Shown in pieces: positions 25,401-39,100 of a stretch of DNA of 64,000 nt. Position 1 is the first letter of the stretch. Every line of letters begins with the position of its first letter. The position numbers and the translations under genes are program-made. The notes below the pieces were generated by a model that was not told the origin of the DNA, did not search any database, and saw nothing but the letters and a program-made list of their open reading frames with translations. This DNA comes from Mobula hypostoma (taxonomy: Eukaryota), in assembly GCF_963921235.1 (NCBI RefSeq), contig NC_086097.1, positions 253,582,001 to 253,646,000 on the forward strand, given 5' to 3'.

Positions 25401-26076
25401 AGTATTGAAGTTTCAATTGGACAATAAACAATTTATCCTGTTTATTGAAAAGATCCCGGTGCCTCTCCTCCATCCCTTTCTCCCATGGTCCACTCTCCTC
25501 TCCAATCACATTCCTTCTTCTCCAGCCCTTTGCCTTTTCCTTCTATCACCTCCAGCTTCTCACTTCACCCCCCTCCCCCACCCACCTCATCTTATCTTTC
25601 ACCTTCCAGCTTGTCCTCTTTCCCCCCCCCCACCTTCTAATTCTGGCATCTTCCCCCTTCCGTTGCAGTCCTAATGAAGGGTCTTGGCCCAAAACGTCAA
25701 CTATTTATTCATTTCCATAGATGCTGCCTGACCCGCTGAATTCCTCCAGCATTGTGTGTGTTGTCCAAAAGATCTGATGTTTGACATTAGCTTGTGGAAT
25801 TGTGACTGTGATGGTTGATTTAGTCTCACCATTGCCACTGCACAGACCCTGACCATTTATCGTTAAACCTGAGGAATCTCAATGCAGAATTGTTGCATCT
25901 TACTATTCTCTCTGAGGTAAGACCACAAGACATTGGAGCAGAATTAGGCTATTAGGCCCATTGAGTCTGCTCCATCGTTTCATCATGGTTGACTTATTTT
26001 CCCTCTCGACCCTCCATAGCTGTCTGTTCATCACCCTCTGGTTAAAGAAATTCTTCCTAATATCTGTTCCAAATTA

Positions 26077-26258
26077 TGTCCCTCTGGTCCTAGACTCCCC
26101 TACTATAGGAAACATCGTCTCCACACCCAATCTATCTGTGCCCTCTGCTCTGAGACTCCCCCACTATAGGAAACATCGTCTCCACACCCACTCTATCTGT
26201 GCCCTCTGGTCTGAGACTCCCCCGCTATAGGAAACATTGTCTCCACATCCACTCTATC
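26077..26258. repeat. About 60-bp tandem triplication inside a minus-strand CR1 fragment
   Basis: 'ccctctggtc..agactcccc.actataggaaacatcgtctccaca.cca.tctatct' three times. Confidence 0.85.
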
Positions 26259-26877
26259 TTGGTTTCAATGAGCTCCCCCGTCATTCTTCTAAACTCCAGT
26301 GAAAACAGTCCTAGAGTCATCAAATGCTCCTCATGCATTAACCCTTTCATTCCTGAGATCATTCTCCTACTTGCTCAACCTATTCCCTGTAAGACATGCT
26401 CTCCAGTCTGGGCAACGTCCTGGTAAATTTCCTCTGCACCCTCTCTAAAGCTTCCACATCCTTCTTACCGTGAGATGACTGGAACTGAACACAATATTCC
26501 AACTGTAGTCTCACCAGTGTTTAATAGAGCTGTAACATTACCCGCGGCTCTTGGATTCAATTCCCCAACTAATGAAGGCCAACATTAGCTTCTGGTCCTG
26601 TTACATTTATGGTTGACTTAGCATCCTTGTTTTCACTGCACACACCATTTATTGTTCTGAATCTTTTAACTCGAGGAATCTCAGTGCAGACTTGGTGGTG
26701 GGTGGCACTTTTCTCCCTGGGATGTGTGCTGGCCCCTGCTTAACTTCGTGAGAAGTTTCCATCGACAGTGACCTTCCTGAAAGTCTCACGATGGCTTTGT
26801 TTCATGTCTGAACCTAGAACACTGATCCTGAGATCCGTTAATCCATAACTCCTTAAAAATGATTTTGGAATTCCTTG

Positions 26878-28340
26878 AAATGATCGGATTGTAAAAGAGC
26901 TTTTGGCACATTGGCTTTCATAAATCAAAGTATTGAATACGGTAGTAGGGATGATATGTTGAAATTGTATAAGAATATGATGAGGCCTAATTTGGAGTGT
27001 TGTGTGCAATTCTGCTCACCCACCTACAGGAAAGATATCAAGAAGATTAAAAGAGTGCAGAGAAAATTTACAAAGTTGTTGCTGGGACTTGAGCTATTAT
27101 GAAAGGCTGAACTGGTTCGGACTTTATTCCCTGGAGCGTAGGAGAATGAGAGGAGATTTGATAGAGGTATACAAAATGAGAGGTATAGGTAGGGTAAATG
27201 CAAGCAGGCTTTTTCCACTGATGTTGGGTGAGACTAGAACTGGAGGTGATGTGTTAAGGGTGAAAAGTGAAATGCTTAAGGGGAACATGAGGGGGAGCTT
27301 CTTCACTCAGACAGTCATGAGAGTGTGGAAAGAGCTTTCAACAGAAATGGTGGATGCAGGGTCAATTTCAACGTTTAAGAAAAATTTGGATAGGTATGTG
27401 AATGTGAAGTTATCCACTTTGGTGGCAAAAATAGGAAAACAGATTATTATCTGAATGGTGGCCGATTAGGAAAAGGGGAGGTGCAACGGGACCTGGGTGT
27501 CATTATACACCAGTCATTGAAAGTGGGCATGCAGGTACAGCAGGCGGTGAAAAAGGCGAATGGTATGCTGGCATTTATAGCGAGAGGATTCGAGTACAGG
27601 AGCAGGGAGGTACTACTGCAGTTGTACAAGGCCTTGGTGAGACCACACCTGGAGTATTGTGTGCAGTTTTGGTCCCCTAATCTGAGGAAAGACATCTTTG
27701 CCATAGAGGGAGTACAAAGAAGGTTCACCAGATTGATTCCTGGGATGGCAGGTCTTTCATATGAAGAAAGACTGGATGAACTGGGCTTGTACTCGTTGGA
27801 ATTTAGAAGATTGAGGGGGGATCTGATTGAAACGTATAAGATCCTAAAGGGATTGGACAGGCTAGATGCGGGAAGATTGTTCCCGATGTTGGGGAGGTCC
27901 AGAACGAGGGGTCACAGTTTGAGGATAGAGGGGAAGCCTTTTAGGACCGAGATTAGGAAAAACTTCTTCACACAGAGGGTGGTGAATCTGTGGAATTCTC
28001 TGCCACAGCAAACTGTTGAGGCCAGTTCATTGGCTATGTTTAAGAGGGAGTTAGATATGGCCCTTGTGGCTACAGGGGTCAGGGGGTATGGAGGGAAGGC
28101 TGGGGCGGGGTTCTGAGTTGGATGATCAGCCATGATCATAATAAATGGCGGTGCAGGCTCGAAGGGCCGAATGGCCTACTCCTGCACCTATTTTCTATGT
28201 TTCTATGTACATGGATGGGAGGAGAATGGAGGGCAATGGTCCAGGTGCAGGTCAGTGGTACTAGGCAGACGAATAGTTTGGCAAGACTAGATGTCTGAAG
28301 GGTCTGTTTCTATGCTATAGTTTTCTAGGATACTATAACA
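26878..28340 (+). mobile_element. Older CR1 split by a young CR1 (about 27400-28206)
   Basis: Inner ORF 27481-28116 is open for 211 aa with a ttctatgtttctatg tail; the outer copy stops at 'ttggataggta' and resumes at 'gtacatggatggg'. Confidence 0.85.
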
Positions 28341-28622
28341 TATACCAGAATATTCAGATAGATTCAAGAAGAAGCAACACTCCAAATATTTTCTCACCAT
28401 CTTGTCTGATCATGTAGAACCCTCACAATCCTTCATCCTCATGCCCTCTTCTCACTGCCACCATCATGGAGGAGGTACAGGAGCCTGAAGGCACACACCC
28501 AATGCTTTAGCAAAAGTTTCGTCCCTTGCACCATCAGATTTCTGAACAGCCCATAAACCCATGGACACTACATCAATATTGCTTTCTTTGCACAAGTTAT
28601 CTACAAACGTTTGTTTTTTTAC

Positions 28623-31367
28623 TGGACTGGCAGCTTAATATTCCGGGGTTCCGATGTTTCAGATGTGATCGAGGCAGAGGAATGAAAGGTGGGGGAGTGG
28701 CATTGCTCGTTAGGGAAAATATTACAGCAGTGCTCAGGCAGGACAGATTAGAGGGCTTGTCTACTGAGTCCTTATGGGTGGAGCTGAGAAACAGGAAAGG
28801 TATGGCTACATTAGTGGGATTGTATTACAGACCACCCAATAGTCAACGAGACTTGGAAGAGCAAATCTGCAGAGAGATAGCAGGCAACTGCAGGAAACAT
28901 AAAGTTGTGGTAGGGGTTTTTAATTTTCCATACATTGATTGGGACTCCCATACTGTTAGGGGTCTAGATGGTTTAGAGTTTGTAAAATGTGTTCAGGAAA
29001 GTTTTCTAAATCAATATATAGAGGGACCAACCAGAGGGGATGCAATATTGGATCTCCTGTTAGGAAACGAATTAGGGCAAGTGACAGAAGTCTGTGCAGG
29101 GGAGCACTTTGGTTCCAGTGATCATAACACCATTAGTTTCAATTTGATCATGGACAAGGATAGATCTGGTCGTAGGGTTGAGGTTCTGAACTGGAAGAAG
29201 GCCAAATTTGAAGAAATGAGAAAGGATCTAAAAAGTGTGGATTGGGACAGGTTGTTCTCTGGCAAAGATTTGATTGGTAGGTGGGAAGCCTTCAAAGGGG
29301 AAATTTTGAGAGTGCAGAGTTTGTATGTTCCTGTCAGGATTAAAGGCAAATTGAATAGGAATAAGGAACCTTGGTTCTCAAGGGATATTGCAACTCTGAT
29401 AAAGAAGAAGAGGGAGTTGTATGAAAGGTATAGGAAACAGGGGGTAAATCAGGTGCTTGAGGAGTATAAGAAGTGCAAGAAAATACTTAAGAAAGAAATC
29501 AGGAGGGCTAAAAGAAGACATGAGGTTGCCTTGGCAGTCAAAGTGAAGGATAATCCAAAGAGCTTTTACAGGTATATTAAGAGCAAAAGGATTGTAAGGG
29601 ATAAAATTGGTCCTCTTGAAGATCAGAGTGGTCGGTTTTGTGCGGAACCAAAGGAAATGGGGGAGATCTTAAATAGGTTTTTTGCGTCTGTATTTACTAA
29701 GGAAGCTGGCATGAAATCTATGGAATTGAGGGAATCAAGTAGTGAGACCATGGAAACTGTACAGATTGAAAAGGAGGAGGTGCTTGCTGTCTTGAGGAAA
29801 ATTAAAGTGGATAAATCCCCGGGACCTGACAGAGTGTTCCCTCAGACCTTGAAGGAGACTAGTGTTGAAATTGCAGGGGCCCTGGCAGAAATATTTAAAA
29901 TGTTGCTGTGTACGGGTGAAGTGCCGGAGGATTGGAGAGTGGCTCATGTTGTTCCGTTGTTTAAAAAAGGATCGAAAAGTAATCTGGGAAATTATAGGCC
30001 GGTGAGTTTAACGTCAGTAGTAGGTGAGTTATTGGAGGGAGTACTAAGAGACAGAATCTACAAGCATTTGGATAGACAGGGGCTTATTAGGGAGAGTCAA
30101 CATGGCTTTGTGCGTGGTAGGTCATGTTTGACCAATCTGTTGGAGTTTTTCGAGGAGGTTACCAGGAAAGTGGATGAAGGGAAGGCAGTGGATATTGTCT
30201 ACATGGACTTCAGTAAGGCCTTTGACAAGGTCCCGCATGGGAGGTTAGTTAGGAAAATTCAGTCGCTAGGTATACATGGAGAGGTGGTAAATTGGATTAG
30301 ACATTGGCTCGATGGAAGAAGCCAGAGAGTGGTGGTTGGGAATTGCTTCTCTGAGTGGTGTGCCACAGGGATCAGTGCTGGGTCCATTGTTATTTGTCAT
30401 CTATATCAATGATCTGGATGATAATGTGGTAAATTGGATCAGCAAGTTTGCTGATGATACAAAGATTGGAGGTGTAGTAGACAGTGAGGAAGGTTTTCAG
30501 AGCCTGCAGAGGGACTTGGACCAGCTGGAAAAATGGGCTGAAAAATGACAGATGGAGTTTAATACTGACAAGTGTGAGGTATTGCACGTTGGAAGGACAA
30601 ACCAAGGTAGAACATACAGGGTTAATGGTAAGGCACTGAGGAGTGCAGTGGAACAGAGGGAGCTGGGAATACAGATACAAAATTCCCTAAAAGTGTCGTC
30701 ACAGGTAGATAGGGTCGTAAAGAGAGCTTTTGGTACATTAGCCTTTATTAATCGAAGTATTGAGTATAAGAGCTGGGATGTTATGATGAGGTTGTATAAG
30801 GCATTGGTGAGGCCGAATCTGGAGTATTGTGTTCAGTTTTGGTCACCAAATTACAGGAAGGATATAAATAAGGTTGAAAGAGTGCAGAGAAGGTTTACAA
30901 GGATGTTGCCGGGACTTGAGAAACTCAGTTACAGAGAAAGGTTGAATAGGTTAGGACTTTATTCCCTGGAGCGTAGAAGAATGAGGGGAGATTTGATAGA
31001 GGTATATAAAATTATGACGGGTATAGATAGAGTGAATGCAAGCAGGCTTTTTCCACTGAGGCAAGGGGAGAAAAAAACCAGAGGACACGGGTTAAGGGTG
31101 AGGGGGGAAAAGTTTAAAGGGAACATTAGCGTGGGCTTCTTCACACAGAGAGTGGTGGGAGTATGGAATGAGCTGCCAGACGAGGTGGTAAATGCGGGTT
31201 CTTTTTTAACATTTAAGAATAAATTGGACAGATACATGGATGGGAGGTGTATGGAGGGATATGGTCTATGTGCAGGTCAGTGGGACTAGGCAGAAAATGG
31301 TTCGGCACAGCCAAGAAGGGCCAAAGGGTCTGTTTCTGTGCTGTAGTTTCTATGGTTCTATGGTTCT
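28623..31367 (+). mobile_element. Young 5'-truncated CR1 (partial APE + RT), inactivated
   Basis: ORFs 28526-30412, 30312-30548, 30552-31289: '[58 protein letters not shown]'; frameshift near 30357, TGA at 30546-48; (TTCTATGG)n tail. Confidence 0.95.
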
Positions 31368-32484
31368 AAGTTCAAGTTTAATTGTCATTCAACCATCATG
31401 AGGGTACAAACAAATGACACGGTGTTCCTCCTTGGGGCCAAGGTGCAAAACACCATACCAACAGCACACAGCACATGTAGTTGCAATAGCAGAAAAACAT
31501 ACAACCACAAAAAGTATTTAAAAAGTGATAATATAGCCCAGTGTGGCATGACCTGCAGACTGATGGTGCATGGACGTTGTCCTGGAGACATGTTTCTGCG
31601 AGAACTGCGGACAGAAATATTTCTGTAACTATATCTGCTGTGTACTGCTGAACTGCAAATTTCACATCATACACATCAGTGATGATAACTCTGGACTCTG
31701 ATTTGCACGGGACTTTCTGAATGATTTTTTCTACTGCTAGCTCATGGCATTTAGCCCAGTGATTTTTGAACATCCTTAAAATATCTCCCAATTCATCACT
31801 TTTCAGTTTGGCAGAAATCCAGTTTTAACAATTATTTGTCACATGTGCATTGGAATATATAATCATACATTGTTACTGGGACTGAGTTCTAGGGAAAAGT
31901 TGAATATGGTGAGAAATCAGTTTGTTCTTGTGTCTTGTTAAAAAGACGGGCTATGGTAGTGTGGGGAGAGGTACAGAAACAACAGAGCATAACGCTTTAC
32001 AGGGCCACCGATCCTCGATCGAAATTCAATTCCCACCGCTGGCTGTGAGGGGGTTGTACATTCTATCCTTGACCATGTGGACTTCCTCCCACATTCGAAA
32101 GATGTACAGGTCAGGGTTGTAAGTTGCAGGCATACTAGGTTGGTGCTGGAAGTGTGGCAACACTTGCAGGCTGCCCCAGCACGTCCTTGGTCGTTTACAC
32201 ACATGACACATTTCACTGTATGTTTTGATGCACACGTGGCAGATAAAGCCTTTAATCTTTAATCTTTACTCATAGTCCCTCAGGTATGAGCTTTTACACC
32301 ATATTGCACCTATGTGACCAGTTAATCTACTGACCAATGTGGGAGGAAACCAGGGCAGCCGGAGGTAATCCACAGGGTTACAGAGGGAACGTAAAACTCC
32401 CTACTGCCTACAGCAGGAGTCGAACCTGCATCACTAGTGCTGTAACAACACTGCATTAACCACTCGCTCCCGTGCCTGGAGTTG

Positions 32485-33238
32485 GTGGAAGATGGCGCCT
32501 TTTCGATCCCAGCGGCTTCTATAGAGTCAATCAAAAGTGTTATTTGTCTTTTTTAAACGCAAGGACATTAAGAACTTAAGGTACTGCTGGTGTACCCAAT
32601 CAGGGAGTTGCTGTCTGGTGGAGAAACTGAAGGATTGCGCTCGGTGTGGATCGTGCTGCTGCCGGTGTCGGAGAGGTGCCGGAGGAGTCAGTGCGTGATG
32701 GCAACGTGCAGTCTAACAGCGAGTGATCGCCTTGGTCACTTTCCTTGTCATCACATGGCCCTGTTGAACATTGTTAATGAGGAATGCTGCAGGTCCAATT
32801 GATGAATGGCAGGGGCAGGCAACAGGGGAGTTGTGTGGCCTCGGTCGTTGTGAGAACTAGGCCTCAAACCAATGTCGCTCGTTTACAACGGCCCAGGAGA
32901 GAGGTGTGGGAGTTAGTGCACTCCACCAGAAGCAGTGTGGCATGGCATCGAAGCTGGAGTCAGTACTGCCCCTCAGTGCCCACTCAGCAGAAGACAAGCT
33001 GTATTGTGTTGGACTGCAGACTGCTGCAACAGTCGTGGACTTAGGGACTTGGACTGGTTTGTTTGGGTGACTGTATTTTACTGATATCTTATATATGCTT
33101 TGTCTTATTGGTTTTTGTTTTGTTTTATTGACTATTGATACTGTGTTTTGCACCTTGGCCCAGGAGGAACACTGTTTTGCCTGGCTGTATTCATGGGTAT
33201 TCATGTATGGTTGAATGACATTTAAACTTGAACTTGAA
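32485..33238 (+). mobile_element. Non-coding interspersed element with AAGATGGCG start and (AACTTG)n tail
   Basis: Homologous minus-strand copies at about 31369-31580, 56520-57110 and 58630-59170. Confidence 0.55.
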
Positions 33239-34084
33239 GTACTGACGTGGAACTCAATTTGCAAAGTTAATACAGAGACTGGCTGATAGTTAGATAGTGA
33301 ATGGATCCAAGGATATGAGAATAGTGGAACAATGAAAGATCGGTGTGATCTTCCATACTGTGCAGGACAAGTCATTGGACATGTTTAAAACCCAAGAGGT
33401 TTTCGATTAGTCAGAGCGTCAAAGGATACGGGGAGAAGACAGGAGAATAGGGTTGAGAGGGATAATAAATCGGCCATGATAGAATGGTAGAACTTATTTG
33501 ATGGGCTGAGTGGCCTAATTCTGCTCCTGTGTCTTGTGGTCTCATCGTCTTATCTTAAACAAATCATTTGACTCATGGTCCCTTAAGTCTGAGTTTTTGA
33601 ATGGGTGGGCTGGCTCAGTTCCCCCACCACTGCTCAGGCGATTTTTTTTTTTATCTTCCCTTTCAGCTGCTTAGAACTTGGCTAAGTGTCAACGGTGCCT
33701 CAGTTGTTAGCACGGATAGTTGAGTCTAACGTTTGTGGTTTGAAATGTCAGAGAGCTGAGTGTGTGTCTAGCACAGTGAAGGGGTGCGAGGGGGGAGACA
33801 TCCCGACTGCGGTTCAAAGTAAATTCATTATCAAAAGTACATGTATGTCACCATGTACAACCTGGAGATTCATTTTCTAGTGGGCATTTATTATAAGATA
33901 ATAAAGAAACACAATAGAATTTATGGAAAACTATATGTAAACAAAGAATGATAAACATCTAATGTGCAAAGGAGGACAAACCCTACAAATAATAAATAAC
34001 AATAAGTACATAATACCGAGCTGTGCAGCCCACGAAAGTGAGTCTGTAGGTTGTTCAATGAAGTTGAGCGAGGTTCCCTACTGC

Positions 34085-35300
34085 TCTCTCCACATTTACT
34101 TATCTACTCCTTTCAACATCCAGTAGGTTTCAAAGAGATCCGCCCCTGCATTCTTCTAAGTTCCAGTGAGTACAGGCCCAAAGCTGCCAAACGCTCCTTA
34201 TATGCTAACCCCTTCATTCCCAGAATCATCTTTGTGAACCTCCTCTGGACTCTCTCCAATGACACATGCCTTTTCTGAGATATGGGGTCCAAAACTGTTG
34301 ACAATACTCTGTGTGGCCTGACCAGTCTTATAAAGCCTCAGCATTATCTCTTTGCTTTTATATTTTACTCCCATTGAAATAAATGCCAACATTGGATTTG
34401 GTCGTCTTTACCACTGACACAACCTGTAAATTAACCTTCTGGGAGTCTTGCATGAGGTCTCCCATGACCCTCTGCACCTGTAATGTTTGAACCTTCTCCC
34501 CATTTAGATAATAGTCTGCATTGTTGTTCCTTTTACCAAAATGCATTTTCATACATTTCCCAACACTGTATTCCATCAGCCACTTTTTTGCCTATTCTTC
34601 CAATTTGTCTAAGTCCTGCTGCAATCGCATTGCTTCCTCAGCACTACCTACCCCTCCACCTATCTTTGTATCGTCCGCAAACTTTGCCACATAGTCATCA
34701 ATTCCATTATCTAAATCATTGACAAACTATGTGAAAAGTGCAGTTCCAATACTGACCCCTGTGGAACAGCACTAGTCACTGGCAGCCAGCTAGAATAGGC
34801 TGCTTTTATTCCCATTTGCTGCCTCCTGCCAGTCAGCCATTCCCCTATGCATACCAGTATCTTTCCTGTAATCTTGATAAGCAGCCTTATGTGTGGCACC
34901 TTGCCCACCCTACTTGTTACTTCCTCGAAAAACTCTAACAGATTTGTCAGGCAAGATCTCCCTTTAAGAAACCATGCTGACTTTGACATATTTTATCATT
35001 AGTCTCCAAGTACCCTGAAACCTCATCCTTAATAGACTCCAACACTTTCCCAATCACTGAGGTTAGGCTAACTGGATAATAATTTCCTTTCTTTTGCCTT
35101 CCTCCCTTTTTAAAGGGTGGAATGACATTTGCAATCTTGTAGTCCTCTGGGACCATGCCAGAATCAAATGATTCTTGAAAGATCATGACCATCGCCTCTT
35201 CAGCAATCTCTCTCAGTACTCTGGGATGTAGTCCATTTAGACCAGGTGACTTATCACACCTGAAGACCTTTGAGTTTGCCTTGCACTTTTCCCTTTGTAA
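34085..35300 (-). mobile_element. CR1 ORF2 fragment (decayed)
   Basis: ORFs 34947-35423 'DKSPGLNGLHPRVL..NYYPVSLTS' and 34711-34989 'GRSCLTNLLEFFEEVT'. Confidence 0.85.
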
Positions 35301-36169
35301 TAGTTTTGATCTTCCCATACAGTATATTAGCTTGTGATTCATTTTCTTGCTGGCATTTAGAGGAAAATAAAGAAATACAATAGAATTTACAATGAACCGT
35401 TCATAAAGACTGACATCAACCAACGTGGAAAAGGAAACAAATTTTTAAAAATTGAGAATAATAGTGAGTTGTAAAGAATCTTTGAAAGTGAGTCTGTAGG
35501 TAGTGAGGCTTGTTCAGTGAGTGAGTGAAGTTATCCACACTGGTTCAGGAGCCTGAGGTTTGAAGGATAATAACTGTTCCTGAACCTGGCAGTATGGGAC
35601 CTGAGTGCCCTGTTCCTCCTTCCCAATGGTAGCAGTGATATAGAGAGCATGGCCTGGAAGGTGGGGGCCCTTGATTATGGATGCTGCTTTCTTGTGGGCT
35701 AGAGGAGAGTTCAGGGCAAGATGATTAATTCGGGTGACACCAGCAATGGCAGATGCTGGAATCTGGAGTGAATGTGTTGTAGGATCTCAGTGAGTCAGGC
35801 AGCATCTGTGGCAAGGAAGAAATTGTCAATGTTTTGGATCGTGACTTAAATATATGCCTTAACCACTATTATTAAAGCTGGTTACTGGCCACACATATCC
35901 CTTAGCTAACATTATTATAGCTGTTTACTGGTCACACATATCCTTTAATGAATATTATTGTAGCTGGTTACTGGTCACCCTTATCGCTGGTTACTGGTCA
36001 CAGTGGTGTTTGTGTGACCTGCTATATTAGAGCCACCCTCTCTACACTGAATACAGTTCATTAGAAATAGGGCCAAAAGGTATAATGTCCGTGAAGTGCT
36101 TACCATGGCTTGAATGGCCAAAACTCAGCGGCATCAACAGAGCTCTACGAAGAAAAGGTGTTTCTCACA

Positions 36170-39100
36170 GGTTGGTGGCAATTATTTAAAAAGAGAGCTC
36201 CGCGAGCGTTCATCCATTGTACGGGGCCTATCAGCAGCGTCAACAGAGGTCTACGAACTAAATAAAAGTACAGAAGGGATAAGCGGAGCGGCCATTGTTG
36301 GGAGTAGGCCAGTGGCGAGAGTAGAAGTGACCGGCTTTGGCTCAAAGGAGGCTTCGACTCTGTGTAAAGTGTCTGTTAAGGTTTCCTTTTTATCTTTTTT
36401 CCTCTCTTACTGTACCATTTAAATGGTTGTGGTGTGCTCTTTGTGCCGGAGGTCGGAGAACTGGGAGACCAAGAGTCTCCCGGGGACCTACATCTGCATG
36501 AAGTGCATCCGGCTGTAACTCCTTGAAGACCGTGTTAGGGATTTGCAGCAGCAACTGGATGACCTTCAGCTTCTACGGGAGAGCGAGGAGATAATTGATC
36601 AAAGTTACAGTGAAGTAGTCACCCCCAAGTTGCAGGAGGCGAGTAGCTGGGTGACCGTCAAGAGAAATGGAAATAGGCAGTTAGAGCAGAGCACCCCTGT
36701 GGCCATTCCCCTCAAAAACAAATATACCGCTTTGGATACTTTTGTGGGGGATGACCTCCCGGGAGAATGCCACGGCGACCGGGTTACAGGCACTGAGCAT
36801 GGGTCCATAGTGCAGAAAGGAAAGAGAGAGAAGAATGGAGTGGTTGTGATAGGGAACTCAATAGTGAGGGGAACAGACAGGAGATTCTGTGGATGTGAAC
36901 GGGACACCCGAATAGTATGTTGCCTCCCAGGTGCCAGGGCCAGGAATGCCTCAGGTCGCATTCACAACATTCTGGAGCCGGAGGGGTGCAGCCAGATGTC
37001 TTGATACACATTGCTACCAATGGCATAGGAAGGAAAAGCAAAGAGGTCCCGAAAAGAGAATTTGGAGAGCTAGGTAGAAAACTGAGAAGCAGGACCTCCA
37101 GGGTAGTAATTTCTGGATTGCTGCAGGTGCCAGGGGCCAGTGAGGGTAGAAACAGGATGATTTGGCAGATAAATGTGTGGCTGAGAAGCTGGTGAAGGGG
37201 GCAAGGCTTCAGGTTCTTGGATCATTGGGATCTCTTCTGGGGGAGGTATGACCTGTACAAGAGATATGTGTTGCACCTGAACCCGAGGAGAACCAATATT
37301 CCAGTCAGCGATGACTACACTGAGAGAAGTGCACCCAGCTGCAGCTTCTGTGTTAAGGAGTTGGAGCTGGAACTGGATGAACTCTGGATCATTCGGGAGG
37401 CTGAGGAGGTGATGGATAGGACATGTAGGGAAGTACAGTCGTTACTCCCAAGGTGCAGGACACAGGAAACTGGGTGACAGACAGGAAGGGGAAAGCGGAT
37501 AAGGAGCCAGTGTAGAGTATCTCTGTGGCCATCCCCCTCAAAAACAAGTAAAAAAGTATATCACTTTAGATACCGTTGGGGTGGGTAACCTAACTGAGGA
37601 AAGTCACAGTGGTCGAGTCTCTGGCACTGAGTCTGAGTCTGGTTCTGTGATTCAGAAGGGAAGGGGGTGAAGAGACATGCTGTGGCGACAAGGAAGAACG
37701 AGATCCCTGGATGGTATGTTGTTCCCGGGTGCCAGTATCCAAGATATTTTGGATTGCGCCATGAGTTAATTTTTATAGATGCACCGTAGAAAGCATTCTT
37801 CCAGGGTGCATCACAACCTGGTATGGAAGTTGTCCTGTCCAGGACTGGAAGAAGCTGCAGAAGATGGTGAACACGACGCAGCACATCACACAAACCAATC
37901 TTCCGTCCTTGGACTCACTTTACACCGCACGCTGTTGGAGCAGTGCTGCCAGGATAATCAAGGACACGACCCACCCAGCCAACACACTTCTCGTCCCTCT
38001 TCCCTCCGGGAGAAGGCTCAGGAGCTTGAAGACTCGTACGGCCAGATTTGGGAACAGCTTCTTTCCAACTGTGATAAGACTGCTGAACGGATCCTGACCC
38101 GGATCTGGGCCGTACCCTCCAAATATCCGGACCTGTCTCTCGGTTTATTTGCACTACCTTACTTCCCATTTTTCTATTTTCTATTTATGATTTATGATTT
38201 AAATTTTTAATATTTACTAATTTTAACTATTTTTAATATTTAATATTTGTAATCCAGGGAGTGTGAAGCACAGAATCAAATATCGCTGTGATGATTGTAT
38301 GTTCTAGTACCAATTGTTTGGCGACAATAAAGTATAAAGTATAAAAAGTTCATTCACCTTACTCTGAATGCTACATGCATTTAAATACAGCACCTTCAGT
38401 CCTGCATTTTTCACCCTTTTGAATTTTGCCTCTGTGGTACAATTTAACTCTTTGCTCTGTCTGCATTTGTACTCAATCATTGGCTTGTCCTTCCTTACAT
38501 TCATGTTACACCCATCATCTACTTGTAAACCTGCTGGCTCGTCCTTAGCTCTATCATACTGGTTCCCATCCCCCTGCCATATTGGTTTAAACCACTCCCA
38601 ACAGCTCCAGTAAACCTGCCTGAAAGAATATTTGTCCTCCTTAGATTCAAGTGCTTCCCTCCTTTTGGTACAGGTTACACCTGCCCCAGAAGAGGTCCCA
38701 ATGATCCAGAAATCTGAATCCCTGCCCCCTGCTCCAATCCCTCAGCCACACATTTATCCACCACCTCATTCTATTCCTATCCTCACTGTTGCATGGCACA
38801 GGCAGTAATCCCAAGATTACTATCTTTGAGGTCCTGCTTCTCAGCTTCCTAACTAACTCCCTGTATTCTGTTTTCCGGACCTCCTCCCTTTTTCTACCTA
38901 TGTCGTTGGTACCAATATGTACCATGACTTCTGACTGTTCATCCTCCCTTTTCAAGGCAATGTTACAATTGTCACGAAGGATTTCAATATGCAGGTAGGT
39001 GGGGAAAATCAAGTTGGTGCTGGATTACAGGAGGGGGAATTTCCAGAGCACCTACGAGATGGATTTTTAGAGTAACTTGTGATTGAGCCTACTAGAGGAT

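Noticed and set aside
28526..30412. 628-aa ORF as a host gene or active element
   Set aside because: 5'-truncated CR1 ORF2 with a frameshift and stop; the N-terminus runs in from flanking repeat DNA
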